A stretch of DNA of 64,000 bases from Candidatus Poribacteria bacterium (GTDB taxonomy: Bacteria > Poribacteria > WGA-4E > WGA-3G): positions 1,320,140 through 1,384,139 of the forward strand of contig OZ219753.1 of assembly GCA_964291315.2 (NCBI GenBank). Reading direction: 5' to 3'. How positions within the stretch are numbered: the stretch's first letter is position 1; each line of letters begins with the position of its first letter. Positions 57,484 through 64,000 of the stretch are shown here, piece by piece. Below the pieces are notes generated by a model that ran no database searches, had not been told where the DNA came from, and saw only the letters and a program-made list of their open reading frames with translations. A program made the translations under genes and the position numbers.

Positions 57484-58986
57484 TTAATAGGCATCTGAAA
57501 TTTTTGACTCATGATTCTCCGCGATCAACATCGCTGCTATCTTTCCCGACAATAACACCAAGGGGATTCCACCGCCGGGGTGCACTGAACCGCCAGCAAA
57601 GTAGAGTCTATCGAGGGTCCGGCTTCTATTTGGTATTCGCCTGAACGCCGTGCTCTTGCTATTTGATGATGTACCGTAGATGCTCCCCTGATTGCTGGCG
57701 TAAAGTTTGGCAAAATCTTCTGGGGTGTAGATTTGCTCCATCTCAATTCGATCTGCGATGTCAAAACCGAGTCGTTTTAGCTTATCCAAAACGACTGCAC
57801 GCATCCGGACCTTTTCTTTCTCCCATAATTGCCCAGGAGCCAAGTACGGCATATTTAACAACACGAACCAATTTTCGCTGTCAGTCGGTGCATGCCCCGC
57901 ATCGGTTTTGCTGGTTATGGCAATGTAAATAGTGGGTTCATCCGGTACTTGTTGATGTTTGAAAATCTGTTCGAATTCCACTGCATAGTCGCTGGAGAAG
58001 ATAATGTTATGGTGTGCTAACTTCGGCTGTTTAGCACTAACCCCCCATAAGAATACCATTCCGGACAGCGATGGCTCCAATTGATTCAATTTTTCGCGGC
58101 GCTTCTGAGGGCTGTCAATCAGTTTCTCATGTGCTACGACTGCGTCCGTGCCACATAGGACGTAGTCCGCAGCAACCTTTTCACCATTGACTTGCACCCC
58201 GCTTACACGTTTACCATCACTGCAGATTCTTTCAACTTTTGCTGATGTATGAATCTGTACACCTAATCTACATGCTACTGATTTTAGAGCGTCAATCAGG
58301 CGATATATACCCCCTTTGATGTAGTATCCGCCTAAACCGTATTCGATATACGGAATTATATTCAGAGTCGCTGGTGCCTGAAATGGATCGGAACCGTTAT
58401 AAGTCGCGTAGCGGTCAAAAAGTTGGATGAGTCGAGCGTCTGAGAAAAATCGAGAGACGCTTTGATGTACCGTCCGAAACGGATCAATTTGATGAAGCCT
58501 GAATAACGTCTGAAAATAGCGAGGCTTCATGAGTTTCCTGAACTCATGGATCGGTGTAAACATAAAGATTTCAGCTGTTAAGGTGTAGATCCGTTCTGCA
58601 TATTTCAAGAACTGTTCATACGCTTTCACGTCATCAGGAGAGAGCTGCTCAATTGCCACCTCCATCTTTGCTCTGTCAGCACTTGCATCCATCACTGAAC
58701 CATCTGAAAAGAAGTATCGACATATCGGGTCAATTGGCACGAAGTCGAGATAATCTCGTCTCTTAAACCCTGCGAAATCGAACAGCTCGTCGATGACAAA
58801 AGGCATCGTTACTAACGATGCTCCGGTATCGAACCGGTAGCCCGCCCCAATTACCTCATTCACCTTTCCACCGATTTCTGGATTTTTCTCGAATAATTGG
58901 ACAAGGAATCCGAGCCGTGCAAGACGAATCGCGCCGCTTAGGGCACCGAGTCCGCCGCCAACAACCGCTATCCTCTTATTTTCCAT
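57484..58986 (-). CDS. CrtI-family carotenoid desaturase (CrtD-like 3',4'-desaturase candidate)
   Basis: 500 aa. Blocks read: IAVVGGGLGALSGAIRL, FDTGASLVT, YFAGGSVHPGGGIPLVL. It is the second CrtI paralog in the operon. Its exact regiospecificity cannot be read from the sequence. Confidence 0.6.
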   Translation of the reverse strand: MENKRIAVVGGGLGALSGAIRLARLGFLVQLFEKNPEIGGKVNEVIGAGYRFDTGASLVTMPFVIDELFDFAGFKRRDYLDFVPIDPICRYFFSDGSVMDASADRAKMEVAIEQLSPDDVKAYEQFLKYAERIYTLTAEIFMFTPIHEFRKLMKPRYFQTLFRLHQIDPFRTVHQSVSRFFSDARLIQLFDRYATYNGSDPFQAPATLNIIPYIEYGLGGYYIKGGIYRLIDALKSVACRLGVQIHTSAKVERICSDGKRVSGVQVNGEKVAADYVLCGTDAVVAHEKLIDSPQKRREKLNQLEPSLSGMVFLWGVSAKQPKLAHHNIIFSSDYAVEFEQIFKHQQVPDEPTIYIAITSKTDAGHAPTDSENWFVLLNMPYLAPGQLWEKEKVRMRAVVLDKLKRLGFDIADRIEMEQIYTPEDFAKLYASNQGSIYGTSSNSKSTAFRRIPNRSRTLDRLYFAGGSVHPGGGIPLVLLSGKIAAMLIAENHESKISDAY

Positions 58987-59647
58987 TCTTTAGTTTCTCG
59001 TAGACCATTGTGTTGAAAAGCATGAGTGTGAATCCGTATCCGAAATCCTCAATCGGGATAGTCCATATCCGGTAGCCCATCTGGTATGTTTCCCCGTACA
59101 AAACAATAGGACGGGCTGTGAGATAACCGTTGAATATCAGAATTAAACCTAAGACAATTGCCAAGTAGAGATAGGTTCTCGGTAGCAGGAGCAGATCGAC
59201 ACCTAATAATGTATCGAGCAATCCGAAGAGGCCGAAACAGAATATAACGAGTCCCGTATACTGCTTACCCATGCTAAACACCCACACACCCGCTGGTAGC
59301 GCAGCGTATAAGACCGTTCTGATGTTCCGTAACGACTCTAGGCGTATCTTCTGTTCTGCATGCGGCAGTGTTTCCCACACTAACAGAGACCCGAATGGAA
59401 CCGTGATAAAGAAAAGCCACTCCTCAATCGGCAAACCTAACAGTCGGAAGTCAAGTGTATACGCCTCGTTGAACCACCAATGGGAACCAGCGACCATAGC
59501 ATCCCATATAATATATGGGATCATGACTATCCCACTTGTCAGCAATTTCAATCGCCAACGCGAAACGAGTCTAATCTGACGACTGAAGTGTGATACGATA
59601 GGCCCCACAATAACGACGAGATTAAACAGAAGGTATTCAAATTTCAT
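58976..59647 (-). CDS. fused CrtYc/CrtYd-type lycopene cyclase
   Basis: 223 aa and multi-TM, built as two half-repeats. Each half carries the P-x-E-(E/D) motif (GLPIEEWLFF and TIPIEDFGYGF). Confidence 0.7.
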   Translation of the reverse strand: MKFEYLLFNLVVIVGPIVSHFSRQIRLVSRWRLKLLTSGIVMIPYIIWDAMVAGSHWWFNEAYTLDFRLLGLPIEEWLFFITVPFGSLLVWETLPHAEQKIRLESLRNIRTVLYAALPAGVWVFSMGKQYTGLVIFCFGLFGLLDTLLGVDLLLLPRTYLYLAIVLGLILIFNGYLTARPIVLYGETYQMGYRIWTIPIEDFGYGFTLMLFNTMVYEKLKNGK

Positions 59648-60240
59648 TGTTGCGTGCCTGGACGCTGAGATTCCAATGTGTTTTTAAGATTTTGAAGATA
59701 TATTTTCTCCTTAGGCATCAATTTAACGTTTTCAAGCAGGAACGCAATGATATTTACGATGAGTTTCCGATCATAGATATCCACTTGGGACTGCATCTGT
59801 TTAATAATTTTCTTGAAATCTTGCTGAGCATCATCGCTGCGTTGGAAGAAGAACGGGAGATGATAACACGTCATCCCATGGATGAATAGTGCTTCAATGT
59901 CGTTAGGGCTTTTCTGCAGGCCGCTGTCCATAACAGCCAAACCGCGCTTTGCCCATTTGAACTTCGTATACGGAAAAAAAGCATGCTTGCCTTTGAGAGC
60001 AATAAGTGCTCCGATGTAGACCTGTGCCCGTCCAATGTACTTCGGTTCCATTTGTCCAATACGCTCAAATAACGCAATTGTCGGTTTAATTTGTTTTTTC
60101 TCTTCGATCGCGCTATAGAATTGCTTGCGTGCAACCTCTAGCGTTTCTTCTACTAAATCGTCAGATGCCACACTGCTCAAGCAGAATAAGAAAGGGAGCA
60201 GTAATATCAAACTTGCAAGAAAAAATTGGTTAAGTTTCAT
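59644..60240 (-). CDS. hypothetical secreted protein, first gene of the carotenoid operon
   Basis: The start was set at MKLNQFFLASLILLLPFLFCLSSVAS, which is a signal peptide. Its stop overlaps the lycopene cyclase start as ATGA. No family recognised. Confidence 0.45.
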   Translation of the reverse strand: MKLNQFFLASLILLLPFLFCLSSVASDDLVEETLEVARKQFYSAIEEKKQIKPTIALFERIGQMEPKYIGRAQVYIGALIALKGKHAFFPYTKFKWAKRGLAVMDSGLQKSPNDIEALFIHGMTCYHLPFFFQRSDDAQQDFKKIIKQMQSQVDIYDRKLIVNIIAFLLENVKLMPKEKIYLQNLKNTLESQRPGTQQ

Positions 60241-60551
60241 TACAAAAACTGACCTGTTTGGACTATTCCACGCCATGATCCAACGCGAGTTTGCACCAAT
60301 ACGTGTAGCTGCCAGAGGTTTCCTGAACATCTTGTTTCAACGTGTGTATGTTAATCCATAGCAACAATTCGCAGATGGCGTTAAAGGCTAAAATCGAAAA
60401 TGTGATATGTAATTTACCTTCACATTGCTATATTTTAAATATATATTGCAATCTGCTAAGTTGCCACCTTAATAAAACAACACAATTTCAATCGATAAAT
60501 TGTATAAACACCATCTTTGGCAATAAGAGTCGTCGACAAGGAGTGCCGACT

Positions 60552-62168
60552 CTATTTGAAATCCTTGATTAGATTTTTCCGTGTTTTTTGCCCCGCTATC
60601 TTTTTTCTTGCAAGCATCATTTTTAAGGAGCAGCTCTGAAATTCTTGATTAAATATCGCAGGATTCCTGGCATCGCTGTCCGATCTCTGGAAATCTCCAA
60701 TCTCAAAGGGCAACTCGGACATGTCCATAAGTCCTTTTGTACCTATCTCACTGTTATCTTGCCAAAACAGGTTCGTCGACCCTTGATCTACGCCAGTAGC
60801 CCTCTCAAACATCTTACTGTTAACCTCATTTCTGATGTCCATCATCTTCAACGATGGACGTTTTTCCCAATGTTGTGGTACAGGATATCTCTGGTTATCT
60901 TTAGACGTTTCTAAATTCATTTGGGCATCGCCTTTCCCTTGGAGTCGCTTTTCATACGCGTGAGTATGTTCCTTGGATTGTTTGTGGAGCTGTCTGCTGT
61001 CTGCTTTCCATTTTGCTGCGGATATTCGGAGAGTATGAACTGCCTCGCGGGGTTGAGCAAGCTGAGCAGCGATCGACTTTTCGTTAAACCTTTCTTCTAG
61101 CTGTTGAGGTGCCTGAACGAATAACGAGATTTTCAAAGCTTTTAGAGGGGCTAATTGTGCCGTTGCCAATAACGGCAAAAAGGTTAGGAGTAAAGTTGCC
61201 CCAATCAGACGCAAGCGCGGTTTCGGTTGTACATCTAACCGGCGATTGTTTTTCAGGATAGAATCAATGCGAGAGCCCAACCGAGACCCCTGATTTAGGG
61301 ATAACACGGGCGGAATAATTCGGTTTTCATGCTGAACCAGATCTAGTAAACATTGGGCGTAGCTTTTTCTTGCACCTGTGAATTGAATCACCCAATCATC
61401 ACAGATACGTTCCCGTAGATGAGTGAGTTCGCGATTAAGAAAATGATAGGCCGGATGAAAAAAGAAAATAACTCCAATGAAGTGCGAAAAGAGGTTTGTT
61501 AACCAATCGAGGCGCTGCACATGTGCTAACTCGTGAATAGCTACTAACTCAAACTGCTCCACATTCAAATGTCCCGGAATCAAGATACAAGGCGATAACC
61601 AACCGAATGAGATCGGCGACACTACCCGATCTGATAGGTAGACTGTGACCGGGCGATCTATGTCTAGCTGCTTCGCTAACCGGCCACAGATTGCTTGATA
61701 CGACTCATCAGCCACTACCGCTCTGTGTTGCAGTTGACAAATTCGGTACAGACCAAACAGGAGATGGATTAACATAGTGAGTGCACCAATTGCCCAAAAA
61801 CCCAACAGGATGTCTGTTTTATCCCAATTGGCGAAAGACGAAGCACCAGAAAGCAATTGGCTCTCCGATTGTGTGGTGCCCTCAACAGCTGAAACTTCTG
61901 TTAGATCCGTAGTTAACACAGACAAGCCGAGTATGTTTACTTGCTCTGTCTGCCCTAATTTTGAACCCGTGCCCTCTATTGAGAGCGCTGGTACAAACTG
62001 ATTTAAACCGAACAAGATCGGTAAACTGAGTAAAGACAACAACCATAACAGATAAACAGTAGGGTTGGAACGGAGGAAACACTTCGCAACAAACCAAGTT
62101 ACTCCACATAGGAACATCCATTGCCATGAACAGTTGAGCAACGGAAGCAGGATGTGCTTACTCATCAC
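60552..62168 (-). CDS. BlaR1/MecR1-family M56 peptidase membrane sensor
   Basis: 538 aa with N-terminal TM helices and the zinc motif AIHELAHVQRLDW. The C-terminal half has no recognisable penicillin-binding domain. Confidence 0.7.
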   Translation of the reverse strand: MMSKHILLPLLNCSWQWMFLCGVTWFVAKCFLRSNPTVYLLWLLSLLSLPILFGLNQFVPALSIEGTGSKLGQTEQVNILGLSVLTTDLTEVSAVEGTTQSESQLLSGASSFANWDKTDILLGFWAIGALTMLIHLLFGLYRICQLQHRAVVADESYQAICGRLAKQLDIDRPVTVYLSDRVVSPISFGWLSPCILIPGHLNVEQFELVAIHELAHVQRLDWLTNLFSHFIGVIFFFHPAYHFLNRELTHLRERICDDWVIQFTGARKSYAQCLLDLVQHENRIIPPVLSLNQGSRLGSRIDSILKNNRRLDVQPKPRLRLIGATLLLTFLPLLATAQLAPLKALKISLFVQAPQQLEERFNEKSIAAQLAQPREAVHTLRISAAKWKADSRQLHKQSKEHTHAYEKRLQGKGDAQMNLETSKDNQRYPVPQHWEKRPSLKMMDIRNEVNSKMFERATGVDQGSTNLFWQDNSEIGTKGLMDMSELPFEIGDFQRSDSDARNPAIFNQEFQSCSLKMMLARKKIAGQKTRKNLIKDFK

Positions 62169-62544
62169 TTTTTTCTTCCTCAGGCTGATAGTTATTAATC
62201 AACGTTTGTAAGCGGTTGTGTTCCTCTAGGGTGGTTTGTCGCACTTCGAGCAGTGTATTGACCAATTTTTCGGCTGAGCTGTCAAAAAGCCTTTCCAATA
62301 AATCGCTAAGCATCGAACGCTTAATCTCAACCTCTTTGACTAAGGGCTGATAAACGAAAGTTCTACCGTCAACTTGATGCGACAAAAAACCTTTCTTTTC
62401 AAGATTTTTCATCGTCGTAGCGATGGTAGTATAGGCAAGTTTCCGATCAATATTATCAAGGACATCGTTGACCGTAGCATGCTTCAATTTCCATACTACT
62501 TTCATCACTTCAAGTTCTAGATGATGCAATCTCTTCGTCTTCAT
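62158..62544 (-). CDS. BlaI/MecI/CopY-family transcriptional repressor
   Basis: 128 aa with a winged helix (LELEVMKVVWKLKHATVNDVLD...AYTTIATTMKNLEKKGFL). It overlaps the M56 gene by 11 nt. Confidence 0.8.
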   Translation of the reverse strand: MKTKRLHHLELEVMKVVWKLKHATVNDVLDNIDRKLAYTTIATTMKNLEKKGFLSHQVDGRTFVYQPLVKEVEIKRSMLSDLLERLFDSSAEKLVNTLLEVRQTTLEEHNRLQTLINNYQPEEEKSDE

Positions 62545-62648
62545 TTGATTTCGTCCTTATAGAAAAAAACACCCGCGATCCAGAGCATTAGGGGATATGT
62601 TTCAAATTACGACCTAGTAAATACTAATATTGAATACTTAACAATAAC

Positions 62649-62691
62649 ATTATAGACTAGGAGAATACATTTTTCAAATTAATTTTGAAAA
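62649..62691 (-). promoter_or_regulatory. candidate blaI promoter with an overlapping 8-bp inverted repeat (operator candidate)
   Basis: On the minus strand: TTGAAA (62677-62672), a 17-nt spacer, then TATAAT (62654-62649). The inverted repeat ttttcaaa (62671-62678) / ttaat / tttgaaaa (62684-62691) overlaps the -35. Confidence 0.4.
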
Positions 62692-62941
62692 TTATAATTT
62701 TAATTCTCCTGCCTGCCCAAGCTTGAACCTTGTAATTAGCGGGCTGCCTTTACTGATTTGTACTTGTTATATCATACAGAATTCATAAGCGAGAAAAGCG
62801 TAACAGCGAGAGACACTCCTCCTGAGGGTTCTCACATCTACTTTCGCCGGATTGCTTGTCGTAAGGATTTCGTCCGTCCCAACGTTGTGAGCGAGATTGG
62901 CACATTTTGCGTGATCTCCATGTGCATACGAAATTGTGTTG

Positions 62942-64000
62942 TCAGTCGATTAATATCTGCTCAATGGAGTGTACAAACAATACATCTTTTACCCCATTGT
63001 ACTGCTGGAGTATTTGAGGCAGCGCGGCAGAATTAAGGTCTTCTCCTGTTAATCCAGTGATAATTAAGTCGGCCCGACCCGATCGATGGGATACTTCTTT
63101 TTCAAGCCCCTTCATACTGTCATAAGAGATAGGAGTTACATTCTGCATTGAAATGGGCAACCTCCCCTCTTTCATAAGCGTTGAGAGTTTGTCCGTTTCC
63201 CGTTCGGCTTCACCTTCAGCGCTTTTAGACGGAGAACAAGCGAAAAGGCTGATTTCAGCGCCTTTCCAGTCTGGATGCCCGATGGTGATATACGCCAACA
63301 ATAGCATCATCGCAGCGTTTTTCAAATTATCTTGTGTTACCCATACATGAATGGAGGACTTATAACCGAAGCGGTAAGCCGTAGATCTGAGGATTAGAAT
63401 ATTAAAAAGTGAGTTTACGGCGATCAGCGCCCCCTGTTTGATCTCCTCAATTTCCTCTGGATTCTCCTCATCGAATTCAAAGAGTATCGAATTATTAGGT
63501 AAACCGGAAATACCCGGCATTTGCACTATCTGGGTGAGGGCGAGTTGGAAAGTTGGACAAATGAGGGTGTCGACGAAGACACCGGCTCGACTGACTTCCG
63601 TCCGTTTGATTAATTCGTCAACATAGAGCCGCGCCTTTATTTTGTTCGAAAACGTGAAGTCACCCAAGTAGAGTTGAATAAAGTGCCCGAAACCGTGTCT
63701 GTGACAGATCCACCGAAGCAAGTCAAAATGCCCAAGACGGCGTTCCCCTAAACGTGAAACGGCGACAATAGACGGACGCCAGCCCCCTTCAGAGGTCATC
63801 ACCCGACTTTTTTGTAAGGTTGTCTGCAACCAGCGCGTTAACTGAAACATCGTCCCTTGAAAGATAGCAGCAAAGTCGCGTTCCCCTTGGCGGCTGCGAC
63901 GGAGGCCAATATAGGTTCCGCCCATGAGTACCAAGGCAATGAGCGCGTACAAGGCGCTAATCTGAACCATCATCAGACCGCACATCACAGTACCTGATAG
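62942..64000 (-). CDS. C-terminal part of a cation-chloride cotransporter/amino-acid-permease (SLC12-like) family protein; 5' end lies outside the window
   Basis: The frame stays open to the window edge. The last TM segment is followed by a cytoplasmic domain with GGWRPSIVAVS and LPNNSILFEF, which resemble the WRPQ.LV and PNT.V.GF blocks of CCC C-terminal domains. Confidence 0.4.
   Translation of the reverse strand, partial: LSGTVMCGLMMVQISALYALIALVLMGGTYIGLRRSRQGERDFAAIFQGTMFQLTRWLQTTLQKSRVMTSEGGWRPSIVAVSRLGERRLGHFDLLRWICHRHGFGHFIQLYLGDFTFSNKIKARLYVDELIKRTEVSRAGVFVDTLICPTFQLALTQIVQMPGISGLPNNSILFEFDEENPEEIEEIKQGALIAVNSLFNILILRSTAYRFGYKSSIHVWVTQDNLKNAAMMLLLAYITIGHPDWKGAEISLFACSPSKSAEGEAERETDKLSTLMKEGRLPISMQNVTPISYDSMKGLEKEVSHRSGRADLIITGLTGEDLNSAALPQILQQYNGVKDVLFVHSIEQILID

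Overview
This 64-kb window looks like it comes from a diderm bacterium, since it encodes an Omp85-type barrel, a LolA-like protein and a protein with a T9SS/FlgD-type C-terminal sorting tail. Several operons have near-consensus TTGACA/TATAAT promoters. No rRNA, tRNA, CRISPR array, transposase or integrase was seen.

Most of the window is ordinary, tightly packed housekeeping:
- hemL-hemB
- rtcB
- ppdK
- a compact Pup-proteasome operon (mpa-dop-pup-prcB-prcA-pafA)
- a lolA-like/pgsA/thpR/recA operon
- metH
- an enolase-superfamily/ornithine-cyclodeaminase pair
- an 8-gene carotenoid cluster (crtYcd, crtD-like, crtI, crtB, acyltransferase, GT2, cruF-like, crtW), preceded on the same strand by blaI/blaR1-like genes

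The accessory part is about 8.2-16.2 kb:
- a frameshifted beta-class DNA methyltransferase fused to an Mrr-type nuclease domain
- a 5.5-kb head-to-tail array of six Uma2/DUF820-family nuclease paralogs; four of the six carry a conserved promoter of their own, and each has an Ala/Arg/Asp/Glu-rich coiled-coil tail whose length differs between copies in exact heptad (21-nt) steps
- a small heptad-repeat membrane protein whose 3' part is duplicated on the far side of the array

Other unusual items:
- a roughly 0.6-kb inverted duplication carrying a STAS gene on each side of an Omp85-like gene
- an 82-nt leader packed with perfect helices upstream of a 1319-aa Big_1/YWTD/dockerin adhesin
- a second restriction-modification gene (type IIG/ISP-like) also broken by a frameshift, with the shift best placed at a short homopolymer

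All functional calls rest on motifs read by eye from the translations. No database search was possible.
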